DNA of 64,000 bases, from the NCBI GenBank assembly GCA_051874735.1, contig JBJEGD010000026.1:32001-96000 (forward strand), written 5' to 3'. The notes beneath the pieces are model-generated. The model made no database searches. It was not told the DNA's origin and saw only the letters and a list, made by a program, of their open reading frames with translations. Position 1 is the first letter of the stretch. Every line of letters begins with the position of its first letter. The stretch is from Candidatus Bruticola sp. Lineage in GTDB: Bacteria; Vulcanimicrobiota; Xenobia; Xenobiales; Xenobiaceae. Both the position numbers and the translations under genes were made by a program. This document shows positions 49,667-58,742 of this stretch, one piece after another.

Positions 49667-49695
49667 ATTATAGTGGCAGTTATACAATAAGTCAA
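49667..49695 (-). promoter_or_regulatory. near-consensus sigma70 promoter
   Basis: Minus strand TTGACT (49695-49690), 17 nt, TATAAT (49672-49667). Confidence 0.8.
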
Positions 49696-49780
49696 TAATA
49701 TTTGTATAAATAAACAATTGTATTTATTAGAGTTAATTCAAATTGTATACACAAAAAATGTGTAAAAATATACATAGTTT

Positions 49781-50350
49781 GTGTTAAAAAAACAGGATAA
49801 AATTTTAAATTATGGAATTAGTGATACCGTGATTAATAGAATTTCTGATAGAAAAAAAATGGAGCTTTTTGCAACCGCTCCCATGTATTTAAGTCAGGGA
49901 GAGGCGGCTGACTTTATGCATATTTCTGTCAGAAATCTACAATACTGGGAAAGCTTGGGGTTACTTCATCGGGAAATAAGCCATAATGGGCGTAGCTGTC
50001 GTTATACCCGTCTCGATTTGATTGAAATCAACTTTATACGCAGTCTGATTTACGAGCACGGTTTTACAGCTAGCTCTTTAAAAACGAAACTTGCCAGATT
50101 AAAGAGTCCTTATTATTACGATCCTGATGAAATATTTTGGGACAACAAAAATCAATGCTGGTGCAGCCGTTCAGACATCGCTTGTCAAGAACTTAATAAA
50201 TCCAAGCGCGATTTTATCTCTTATGTGCGTCAAATAATAGATAATAAATCTGATAGTTCGGATCAGGAAATAGCCTTTGAAATAATAGGTATTTTGCGGT
50301 CTCTCATTAGAGGGAAATTTTACAAAAATTCATTTAAAAGTGAAATTTAA
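49781..50350 (+). CDS. MerR-family HTH transcriptional regulator (start uncertain)
   Basis: SQGEAA....ISVRNLQYWE..GLL, R.Y...DL..I.FIR.L....GF. Confidence 0.8.
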   Translation: MLKKQDKILNYGISDTVINRISDRKKMELFATAPMYLSQGEAADFMHISVRNLQYWESLGLLHREISHNGRSCRYTRLDLIEINFIRSLIYEHGFTASSLKTKLARLKSPYYYDPDEIFWDNKNQCWCSRSDIACQELNKSKRDFISYVRQIIDNKSDSSDQEIAFEIIGILRSLIRGKFYKNSFKSEI

Positions 50351-50623
50351 TGGCTTCATTTCTTATATGAAGACTAATTTTTCGATTTTTTTATATTAAA
50401 AAATATAATATCAGCTTTTATTTTTAGAAAAAAATGTTAACACGATTTATTGAAAAGAAATCCGATAAAATAGGGATCCTGCAATTTTTCGGGAGCTATT
50501 ATTAACACGTTTTTTACCTAGTTGTTACATAGTATCAATAAGGTGTAACTAAAATCTAAGAGTGGAAGGATCTGCGCAGATCGCTGCCTAGAACCTTGAA
50601 GTTCTGAAGTAAGGAGGAACTAT

Positions 50624-52033
50624 TTGCTAATGCTTAACGATATGTCGTCAGTTTTGTCTAATGTCGTAAAGAATACCGCAATGGCCTCTCCTTCTACATC
50701 GGGGGCTTCTTTGAACTGTAGGCCTGAGGGAAATGGGAGCAGTTTTGTGGCTCGTGGTAGTTCTGCTTCTCAGTTCACTCCTGGGCAGAACCTCTTTGGA
50801 CAGGTCATAGGCCGCACGCAAAATGGCAATTTCACTTTGCGTTTCGGTAGCTTTACTTTACAGGCTGGTTCTGGACTGCCTTTTACGGTCGGTCAGCAAC
50901 TGAGTGTTACCGTATCCGGACAACAGCACGGTATGCTCACTTTAGATATGAATGGCAGTCCCTTCTCTACGCTTAGTAGTGAAAGTGTGACGCAAACTTT
51001 GGCCCAGTTAAATTTGCCTATGTCTGAAGGTAACTTTATGCTGGCCAACTCCTTAGTCGGTCATGGCGCTCCTCTGGATAAGTCAACTTTTTTGTTTATG
51101 CAGAAAGTTTTAGCCCAGTTGCCTCCCACTTCTAATTCTGCAGTTTTTAATTCTAGGGTTGGAGCAGCTCTGTTTCTTCAGAACAACCATCTGCCTCTCA
51201 GTAGCGGCAATATTTTGCTTTTAAGTAATTTTATCGCTCAAAATCCTCAGGTTGCTCAGCAGCTTTTCAGTATACAGGGAGAGGTTAGGCGTTTGCTAAA
51301 CGATCCTGGCAAGGTCTCTTCCAAAGCCTTGGAAGTTCTCGGTCAGGCGCCTGGTCTTCTGGGCGAAATGATTTTTGAGTCTGGTAGTATGAAAGGTATG
51401 GGTAAGTCTAAAAGTAAGGCTGCTCTGCTTTTTGATATGGCCAAGCAAGCTGGGATTGAGACTAATTTGGAATTGGTCGGAGGCGGGGAATCCGATTGGG
51501 AACTTCTGTCTCTGCTTAGACAGCTACGTCAACTGACTAGCAGTCAGGATGAAAGTTTAAACGGTCTGCTTCAGCAACTGCAAAATTATGAAGATAACCT
51601 TCAAGCTCAGCGTTTGATTAACCAAGGAAAACCAGATTCTTCATTCGGTTTTTACTATATGCAAATTCCTTTGCGTTTTGAGTTCTGTGAGTTTGCTGAA
51701 ATTTGGATTCGCTACCGGTGGAAAGAAGATGGGAGTCGAGTTGTCGATACTGACGATTGTAGACTCGAATTCGCTGTCAATACCGACTCTTTGGGAGAGC
51801 TGTTTTTTACACTCTGCATTCAGAACGGAACCGTTGAATTGACGGTTAAAACGGATGATGAATCTATAGCTGCTTGTCTTGGAGATTACTTGCCTGTGCT
51901 TCAGGAACGTATTTCTGAACTTGGTTGGGCCGTCGGAACTTTTCAGGCAAACGTTAACCAAAGTATTGAAAATCGAGAATTGTCGGAATACTGCGAACTT
52001 TCGTCTTTGGAGGGAGTGAATGTCCAAGCTTGA
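50624..52033 (+). CDS. flagellar hook-length control FliK-like protein
   Basis: Gln/Ser-rich N-terminus; C-terminal YMQIP..T..LGE...L.ERI.ELG domain; directly followed by a FlhB-like gene; AGGAGG RBS. Confidence 0.6.
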   Translation: MLMLNDMSSVLSNVVKNTAMASPSTSGASLNCRPEGNGSSFVARGSSASQFTPGQNLFGQVIGRTQNGNFTLRFGSFTLQAGSGLPFTVGQQLSVTVSGQQHGMLTLDMNGSPFSTLSSESVTQTLAQLNLPMSEGNFMLANSLVGHGAPLDKSTFLFMQKVLAQLPPTSNSAVFNSRVGAALFLQNNHLPLSSGNILLLSNFIAQNPQVAQQLFSIQGEVRRLLNDPGKVSSKALEVLGQAPGLLGEMIFESGSMKGMGKSKSKAALLFDMAKQAGIETNLELVGGGESDWELLSLLRQLRQLTSSQDESLNGLLQQLQNYEDNLQAQRLINQGKPDSSFGFYYMQIPLRFEFCEFAEIWIRYRWKEDGSRVVDTDDCRLEFAVNTDSLGELFFTLCIQNGTVELTVKTDDESIAACLGDYLPVLQERISELGWAVGTFQANVNQSIENRELSEYCELSSLEGVNVQA

Positions 52034-52304
52034 GTCTGCCAAGGTTGCTGTAAGTGTAACAGCTGCTTCAGAAGATGGCTGCGTCAAGACAGTAAGTTCA
52101 GCTGTAGGTCGCAAAGCTGAAGAAATGATAGAAAAGGCTGAGGAGGAAGGAATCAGCGTTGTACAAGATTCGAAACTCGTCGGTGAACTGTTAGAAGGGC
52201 AGGGCAGCAAAGCGGCTATAGATCCTAAGTTGTACGAACTGATGGTATCCGTTCTAGACTTTGTCCAGGAATTAAGTGATTTAAAAGCAGGACGTTTCTC
52301 TTAA
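52020..52304 (+). CDS. stand-alone FlhB C-terminal-like protein (EscU/YscU family, FlhX/YlqH-like)
   Basis: G..AE.MIE.A.E.GI.V..D..L...L...I...LY.....VL.FV pattern. Confidence 0.7.
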   Translation: MSKLESAKVAVSVTAASEDGCVKTVSSAVGRKAEEMIEKAEEEGISVVQDSKLVGELLEGQGSKAAIDPKLYELMVSVLDFVQELSDLKAGRFS

Positions 52305-52517
52305 CCAATATGCGGTTAAACATTTTATGTTTACAAAAAAAATGGGATAGGCTGCGGAATGTCCCTTCTGCAGTTTAAAGCCGAAGGGTATCGTTTATTC
52401 AGGTGCTTTCCAATATAAGTTTATAGCGCTCCACAAAAAGAGGGGCTGCAAGATTTCTCTAGAAACGAGAATTTGGGTTCGTATATGGACGCGGACCACA
52501 TAGTCGGAGGTGTTCTA

Positions 52518-53291
52518 ATGCTTGAAGGGATGAGAATGGCTGCTCAGGGTATGATGACCCAGGCTGCTAAACAGGATGTCATCACTAATAACTTGGCCAA
52601 TGTAGGTACCGCTGGTTTCCGTAAGGAAAGTGCCCAGATTACCTCTTTCAACGAGATTCTTAATCGCGAAGTCGGCGGTATGGACGGCATGACTCAGTCT
52701 TCCTACGAGATCGCTACTGCTCCTGGTATGGAAGTTTCCGGTAAGCTTTACACCAGTTCAGTAACTCACAGTGCTCAAGGATCTTTAAAAGAGACTGGCA
52801 ACCCATTCGATATGGCCTTAGATGATAACGGACGCGGTTTCTTCACTATCCAGACCAAAGATGGCGTGCGTTTTACCAGAGCTGGTAATTTCCACCTTTC
52901 CACCAACGGCGAGTTAGTCACTGCTGATGGTTCTCAGGTTATGGGTCATCGCGGTCCCATTAAACTTCAGGGCAGCAACTTTACTGTTTCTAATGACGGC
53001 GTAATTTCCAGTGACGGTCGTCCTATCGACAAAATTTTAGTTGCCGTTTTCGACAACACTGATCAGCTGAAGCGTACAGGTGATAACCAGTTCTCTGCTA
53101 ACACCAAAGTAAGTGCTACTAACGATTTCCAGCTCAAGCAGGGATACGTTGAGCAGGCCAATGTCAACGCACTTACTGAAATGGTCGACCTTATGATGGT
53201 TACACGCAACTACGAAGCTAACCAGAAAGTACTCCAGGCCAACGATAAAATGTTGGAAAAGACCGTTAATAACGTTGGAGCCGTTCGCTAG
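52518..53291 (+). CDS. flgF: flagellar basal-body rod protein FlgF/FlhO-like
   Basis: NNLAN..T.GF, TGNPFD.AL, FTRAGNF, QGY.E.ANV; GGAGG RBS before ATG 52518. Confidence 0.85.
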   Translation: MLEGMRMAAQGMMTQAAKQDVITNNLANVGTAGFRKESAQITSFNEILNREVGGMDGMTQSSYEIATAPGMEVSGKLYTSSVTHSAQGSLKETGNPFDMALDDNGRGFFTIQTKDGVRFTRAGNFHLSTNGELVTADGSQVMGHRGPIKLQGSNFTVSNDGVISSDGRPIDKILVAVFDNTDQLKRTGDNQFSANTKVSATNDFQLKQGYVEQANVNALTEMVDLMMVTRNYEANQKVLQANDKMLEKTVNNVGAVR

Positions 53292-53419
53292 TTAATCTGG
53301 TCCGCTTTTTTTGAAAAAATACAGTTTGTCTGCCTGAATAAAAAAGGCAGACAGCTGGATTATAGTCAGGGCTTTTTGTTAAGCTGCCCTATTAAGTTTA
53401 ATTTGGAGGAACAAATAAT

Positions 53420-54190
53420 ATGATGCGTTCGCTTTACACTGCTGCATCCGGTATGATGGCTCAGCAGATGAACATGGATAACATTTCCAACAACTTAGCC
53501 AACGTTCAGTCTACCGGTTTCAAGAAGACTCGTGTTGACTTCCAAGATTTGCTTTATGCTACCATGCAGGATCCCGGTACTGAGGCTACTGCTGGTACCC
53601 AGATCGGTATGGGTGTGCGCGCTTCCTCTACCGAGCGCATGTTCTCTCAGGGCTCTCTCCAGAAGACCAACAATCCTTACGATGTCGCTATCCAAGGCGA
53701 CGGTTTCTTCAAAGTAAGTATGCCCGATGGCACCTCCGCTTACACTCGCGACGGCGCTTTCAAGTATGACGGTGACAAAGGCGAAATCGTAACTAGTGCT
53801 GGTCAATCCCTCGGTATTGCTATCCCCAAAGATGTAACCAATATTGAGGTTCGTCCCAATGGTGAAGTCTTCGGCGTGCGCATTGATGGCGATGGTCAGC
53901 CTGAGAAAATTGCTCAAGTTAAACTTACCCGCTTCCTCAATCCTGCTGGTTTGCAGGCTATCGGTGGAAATCTCTATGTTGAGACTCCTGTGGCTGGCGC
54001 TAAAACTGAGAGTATTCCTGGTGAGAACGGTTTAGGTGTTTTAGCTCAGGGACACCTTGAGAAATCTAATATTAATGTTGTTGAAGAAATGATCTCCATC
54101 GTTCAGGCCCAGCGCGCTTTCGAAATGAACCAGAAAGGCGTTCAGGCTGCCGATGAAATGATGAGAATGACCAACCAGCTTCAGAGCTAG
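53420..54190 (+). CDS. flgG: flagellar distal rod protein FlgG
   Basis: MMRSLYTAASGM.AQQ, FQDLLY, QIG.GV, YTRDG.F, F.NPAGL..IGGNL, LE.SN.NVVEEM. Confidence 0.93.
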   Translation: MMRSLYTAASGMMAQQMNMDNISNNLANVQSTGFKKTRVDFQDLLYATMQDPGTEATAGTQIGMGVRASSTERMFSQGSLQKTNNPYDVAIQGDGFFKVSMPDGTSAYTRDGAFKYDGDKGEIVTSAGQSLGIAIPKDVTNIEVRPNGEVFGVRIDGDGQPEKIAQVKLTRFLNPAGLQAIGGNLYVETPVAGAKTESIPGENGLGVLAQGHLEKSNINVVEEMISIVQAQRAFEMNQKGVQAADEMMRMTNQLQS

Positions 54191-54280
54191 TTCTTGCTAA
54201 ATAGTTTAAGTTGAGCGCTTCTGTTTGGCTGCTTTTCTCGAAGTCAAACAGAGTGCTGCAAACTACGATTGGAGGATAAT

Positions 54281-54589
54281 ATGCAGATTGAAGGCTTTAC
54301 CCCTGAACCGTTAGCCCAGGCTGCAACTTCTTCTGCCCCTTCCAAGGCGCAAGATGAAGCTAAGCTTCGTGAGGCTTGTCAGCAGATGGAGAGTGTTTTC
54401 CTTAACCAAATGCTGGCTCAAATGCGCAAATGTAGCGGTGCTGGTGAGGAAGGCGGTCTCTTCGGAGGCAAAGATCAGGAAATGTTCCAGGGGATGCTCG
54501 ATCAAGAGAGAGCTAAAGCTTGGTCGCAGAATGGCGGCGTAGGTTTGGCCAGCATTCTTTTTGAACAGATGAAGGGGCAGCAGATGTAA
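54281..54589 (+). CDS. flgJ: rod-binding (FlgJ N-terminal) protein
   Basis: KLREACQQ.ES.F...ML..MRK, F..MLD.E.A, G.GLA....EQ; no muramidase domain. Confidence 0.8.
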   Translation: MQIEGFTPEPLAQAATSSAPSKAQDEAKLREACQQMESVFLNQMLAQMRKCSGAGEEGGLFGGKDQEMFQGMLDQERAKAWSQNGGVGLASILFEQMKGQQM

Positions 54590-54819
54590 TAATTCTGTCT
54601 TCTACCTCCAGCAGATTTTAGCTATCTGTTGTTTTTTGTGGTGCAGGTAGTTTCAAGCTTTTAATATTAAGCTTGGGGCTACCTGCTCGTTTTTTACCTT
54701 GATTTTTACAGAATTTGTGTAAAGAAGGAAAAAGCTATTTTTTTGGAAATGATCCCCACTAGTCAGTTTTCCTGCTGGCTTTTCTTTGCCGGATTTTTTT
54801 GATTTTTATCTAATCCATA

Positions 54820-55638
54820 ATGAACGGACCTTCCTGCTTGAAAGAAAAGAAAGTAGACATAGGGCTTCTATGGCAGCAGTATAAAGACACTGCGGCTCCT
54901 GAATTGCAAGAGCAGTTGGTTGAGTATTATCTGCCGCTTGTTAAAGGGCTGGCTGCAAAGGTTTTTAGTAAAATTCATTGCTCTGCAGAAATGGACGATC
55001 TGGTTAGTGATGGTCTATTCGGTTTGTTGCGCGCTATTGATGGATTTGAACTTAGTCGTGGTTTCAAATTTGAAACTTATGCTATACCTGTAGTACGTGG
55101 AGCGATATATAATGGTCTGCGCCGTATGGATTGGTTGCCTGAGCGCACTCGGTGCAAGGCTCGGGCTTTGCAGAAAGCTATTGATAAATTTGCCTCTATT
55201 AGCGGTCGTCAGCCTACTGAAGAAGAATTAGCTGAAGAGTTGAAAATATCGGCTGGTGAAGTTTTCGATTTAATTTCTTGTTTAGGCTGTGTTTATTTGC
55301 TTTCCTTAGATCAGCCTCTAAATGCTTCAGACAGCAGTGAAGGAACTATTATGGATGTGGTTCCTGCTGATTCTAGTTTTTCGGATCCTTCTAAAGAGTT
55401 TGAGTTCTCAGAAGAGCGCAGCTGTTTGCGTTCAGCTATAGGCAAGCTAGATGAACGAGAACAGTTTCTCATCAAGATGCATTATTTTAATGGAGTAACT
55501 TTCGAAAAGATTTCTCGACTTTTGGGAGTGTCCAAGCAGCGTATCTCTCAAATGCATTCTAGGGCTGTTCGTCGTTTGCGCGAATCCTTGAAGGAAGAAG
55601 ATATCTCTAGTGAAGCTATGATAGGTTTTTTCGTTTAA
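54820..55638 (+). CDS. fliA: RNA polymerase sigma-28 (FliA/WhiG family)
   Basis: LW..YK, DDL.S.G..GL..AI..F, KFETYA, RGAI..LR..DW.P, R.SQ.H. Confidence 0.9.
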   Translation: MNGPSCLKEKKVDIGLLWQQYKDTAAPELQEQLVEYYLPLVKGLAAKVFSKIHCSAEMDDLVSDGLFGLLRAIDGFELSRGFKFETYAIPVVRGAIYNGLRRMDWLPERTRCKARALQKAIDKFASISGRQPTEEELAEELKISAGEVFDLISCLGCVYLLSLDQPLNASDSSEGTIMDVVPADSSFSDPSKEFEFSEERSCLRSAIGKLDEREQFLIKMHYFNGVTFEKISRLLGVSKQRISQMHSRAVRRLRESLKEEDISSEAMIGFFV

Positions 55639-55769
55639 ATAGTCTATAGTTTTACAGCAAAGGGAAAACGCTTACAGCGTTGAATTTTTGAAGCCGTTTT
55701 TGTGTTCGCTGAGCCTTTCAAGATACAGGCTGAGCAGTCAGATATGAACTTTTTTTAGGAGCGTAGTTT

Positions 55770-56972
55770 ATGGCCTCCAACAGACGTAAATCTACTGATA
55801 ATGTCCAGCGCAAAGCTGTGCGTCAGGAAGATGCTGAAGTGCGTGAAATTTCTCCACAGGAGAAACGCAAAAATATTTTTATTCAAATTGGAGTTTGGTT
55901 TCTAGTTATTGCCTTCTGTATGACTTCAGGCATTATGTGTTTTGCTATTGGAGGTCCGGACGAGCAGGAAGGACAGGAGGTAGCTGCCGGAGCTGTCGAT
56001 GAAATTCAAAGCGAGATAGATCGCTATACTAAAGAGATTGGCGTTGATGCTGGCAACGTTGAAGCTCTGGCCTACTTAGGGTATTACTGGATGCAGAAGG
56101 GAGATACCCTGTCTACTGCTGAGTCTCTGAAGCAGGAAGCAAAAACCAAAGCTGCCCTGGATAAAGATATGGCCGCTAAGGGACAAACTCCCGCTAGTAA
56201 AGCTGATAATGCTAAGCCAGAAATGTCTAGAGAAGAAGCCTACGCTAATGCACGGACTTACCTTGCTCGAGCCTTATCCATAGATTCCAATTATTTATTA
56301 GCTAAAAAGAGTTTAGCCGATCTTGAAGTCCGTGAGGATCACGAAGATGCTGCTGCTAAGCTTTATAAAGAAATTATTACTTTTTGTGAACAACCTTTAA
56401 AACTCAATCCTGGTGATGATGAGACAACTATTAAGACGAGCCGTGTCGTTCAGAAAGTTTCTGCTGAAGTACAGTTAGCCCGTCTCTATGGCTCTAAAGA
56501 AAAATATCAAGAAGCCATACCTCTGCTTGATGATGCTATTAAGCTTGATCCGGGCAACATTGATGCCTATCATGTGAAAGCTATGATATATTGCAGTAAC
56601 GGCAAAGAAGCTGAGGGTGTAAAAGCTTTTTATAACGCTATTCTTATTGCTAAAAATATGGGTGAACTTGAGCGAGCGATTAATCTTTCCATGGAGTTAG
56701 CTCAAGTTCAGAATCTGAGTGGCGATAAAGCTGGAGCCAAGAAGACTTATGAGGAAGCCAGAGATATGATCCCTCAGAATATGGGCGGTCAGGCTGCCCA
56801 AATGCGTGCAGCTATTCAGACTATTATTGATAATCTGGACGGTAAGAAGCCTGCTGCTAAGGCTGAGGCTCCCGCCGCTGAAAGTGCAGCTCCCGCTGCT
56901 CAAGCTGAGGCTCCCGTCGCTGAAAGTGCAGCTCCCGCTGCCCAAGCTGAGGCTCCCGCCGCTGAAAATTAA
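55770..56972 (+). CDS. membrane-anchored TPR protein with Ala/Pro/Glu repeat tail
   Basis: N-terminal TM helix, TPR helices (AIKLDPGN), AEAPAAESAAPAAQ repeats. Confidence 0.75.
   Translation: MASNRRKSTDNVQRKAVRQEDAEVREISPQEKRKNIFIQIGVWFLVIAFCMTSGIMCFAIGGPDEQEGQEVAAGAVDEIQSEIDRYTKEIGVDAGNVEALAYLGYYWMQKGDTLSTAESLKQEAKTKAALDKDMAAKGQTPASKADNAKPEMSREEAYANARTYLARALSIDSNYLLAKKSLADLEVREDHEDAAAKLYKEIITFCEQPLKLNPGDDETTIKTSRVVQKVSAEVQLARLYGSKEKYQEAIPLLDDAIKLDPGNIDAYHVKAMIYCSNGKEAEGVKAFYNAILIAKNMGELERAINLSMELAQVQNLSGDKAGAKKTYEEARDMIPQNMGGQAAQMRAAIQTIIDNLDGKKPAAKAEAPAAESAAPAAQAEAPVAESAAPAAQAEAPAAEN
56862..56967 (+). repeat. 42-bp tandem repeat, about 2.5 copies
   Basis: GCTGAGGCTCCCG(C/T)CGCTGAAAGTGCAGCTCCCGCTGC(T/C)CAA at 56862 and 56904, partial copy at 56946. 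Confidence 0.92.
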
Positions 56973-56993
56973 TATTTAATTTTGTTTGTATCG

Positions 56994-57048
56994 CGAGCCT
57001 TCGCCTATGGCTTAAGTTGTTTGTAGGCGAAGGCTCTCTTGCCTTTTT
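56994..57048 (+). terminator. terminator-like hairpin between TPR gene and proS
   Basis: GAGCCTTCGCCTA..TAGGCGAAGGCTC followed by a T-rich run. Confidence 0.6.
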
Positions 57049-57091
57049 GTCTATTGTTTATTTTAAGCAAGGAAGGAACTTTTTATTTAAT

Positions 57092-58627
57092 ATGGCTAAA
57101 AACATTACCGCTCGCAGTAAAGATTACTCCCAATGGTATCTCGATGTCATTAAAGCGGCAGAATTAGCTGATTATTCTCCAGTGCGTGGCTGCATGGTTA
57201 TCCGCCCTTATGGATACGCTCTTTGGGAAGCAATTCAGCGAGATTTAGATCGCCGCTTTAAAGCTTCAGGCCATGTGAATGCTTATTTCCCTCTTTTAAT
57301 ACCAGTTAGTTTTTTGGAAAAAGAGGCACAGCACGTTGAAGGATTTGCCATGGAGAGTGCTGTCGTTACTCATTCATCTTTGAAAAAAGGTGAAGATGGT
57401 CGTCTTACAGCTAGTTCTTTGCTGCCCGAGCCTTTCGTCGTTCGCCCCACTTCAGAGACTATCATCGGTCACATGTATTCCCAGTGGATTCAAAGTTATC
57501 GTGATTTACCTGTACTAATTAACCAATGGGCTAACGTAATGCGTTGGGAAATGCGCACTCGTCTTTTCTTGCGTACTTCTGAATTCTTATGGCAGGAGGG
57601 CCATACTGCCCATGAAAGCGCCGAAGAAGCTGAAGAAGAAACAAAAAAAATGCTCGATGTTTATGCTCAGTTCGCTCATGATTTCCTTGCTTTACCTGTA
57701 GTCAAAGGGCGCAAGACTAGCAGTGAAAAATTTCCGGGTGCTGTCAATACCTATGCTATTGAAGCTTTAATGCAGGATGGTAAAGCTTTGCAGGCCGGAA
57801 CATCTCATTTCTTGGGACAGAATTTCGCTAAGGCTTTTGATATAAAATATTTAGATAGAGAAAATCAACTCCGTCATTGTTGGACCACTTCATGGGGTGT
57901 ATCAACCCGTCTTATTGGCGGTTTAATTATGACTCATTCTGATGATGAAGGTTTGATTTTGCCTCCTAAGATCGCTTCAGTAGCTGCTGCTATTGTGCCG
58001 ATTTATCGTTCAGATGATGAAAAAGAACAGGTAATCGCTTATTGCCGTCGTTTAGCCGGCGAAATTTGTGGCCAGAAGCGTTTAGAATCCGCGTTACAGC
58101 GCGATAAAAATAGAGAAACAATTTCTATATTCCTCGACGATTCCGCTTCTCAGAAAATTGTACTCGATTTGCGCGAAGGACGTGCCGTTGAAAAGCATTT
58201 CTATTGGGAACAGCGTGGCGTGCCTCTACGCTTTGAAGTTGGTCCTCGCGATGTTGCCAATGAAGCTTTTGTTTTGAAAATACGCTACAACAACAGTAAA
58301 ACTTTCTGTAATTTTGCTGAAGCTAGCCATAGTTGGTTTATTGCTAAAATGGACGAAATTCAAGAAGCTATGTACCAAAAGGCTCTTAAGTATCGTGAAG
58401 AACGTACCACAGATGTCAATACTTACGATGAACTTAAAGAGGCTCTAACTAAGGGAGGCTTTGTGCGTTGCTGGTTCAAAGAGAACGAAGAAGCTGAAGC
58501 TAAAATTAAGGAAGAAACTAAAGCCACTGTAAGATGTGTGCCTTTTGAGCAATCCGGAGAGACCGGCAAATGTATTTACAGTGGCGAAGAGACTACTGAA
58601 AAAGTGTTATTCGCTTTGGCATACTAA
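57092..58627 (+). CDS. proS: proline--tRNA ligase, archaeal/eukaryote type
   Basis: DYSQWY, VRGCM..RPYG, RPTSET, QW.NV.RWE, LQAGTSH.LGQNF, SWG.STR, C-terminal Tyr. Confidence 0.96.
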   Translation: MAKNITARSKDYSQWYLDVIKAAELADYSPVRGCMVIRPYGYALWEAIQRDLDRRFKASGHVNAYFPLLIPVSFLEKEAQHVEGFAMESAVVTHSSLKKGEDGRLTASSLLPEPFVVRPTSETIIGHMYSQWIQSYRDLPVLINQWANVMRWEMRTRLFLRTSEFLWQEGHTAHESAEEAEEETKKMLDVYAQFAHDFLALPVVKGRKTSSEKFPGAVNTYAIEALMQDGKALQAGTSHFLGQNFAKAFDIKYLDRENQLRHCWTTSWGVSTRLIGGLIMTHSDDEGLILPPKIASVAAAIVPIYRSDDEKEQVIAYCRRLAGEICGQKRLESALQRDKNRETISIFLDDSASQKIVLDLREGRAVEKHFYWEQRGVPLRFEVGPRDVANEAFVLKIRYNNSKTFCNFAEASHSWFIAKMDEIQEAMYQKALKYREERTTDVNTYDELKEALTKGGFVRCWFKENEEAEAKIKEETKATVRCVPFEQSGETGKCIYSGEETTEKVLFALAY

Positions 58628-58687
58628 AAATTTTCGCATAAATATGTATACATAGGATGAGAATCTTCTTAACCATAGAGTAGCTGG

Positions 58688-58742
58688 AAAAGGCGTTTCT
58701 AAAGGGATCTTTGTGACTTATTCCCTGGTGAAGCGCCTTTTT
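58688..58742 (+). terminator. terminator after proS
   Basis: AAAAGGCGTTTC..GAAGCGCCTTTTT. Confidence 0.6.

Noticed and set aside
56994-57091. Anticodon-mimic hairpin in the proS leader
   Set aside because: No 7-nt loop with U-NGG near the RBS. The strong stem looks like the upstream terminator, so the mimic pattern holds for only two of the three synthetases here.
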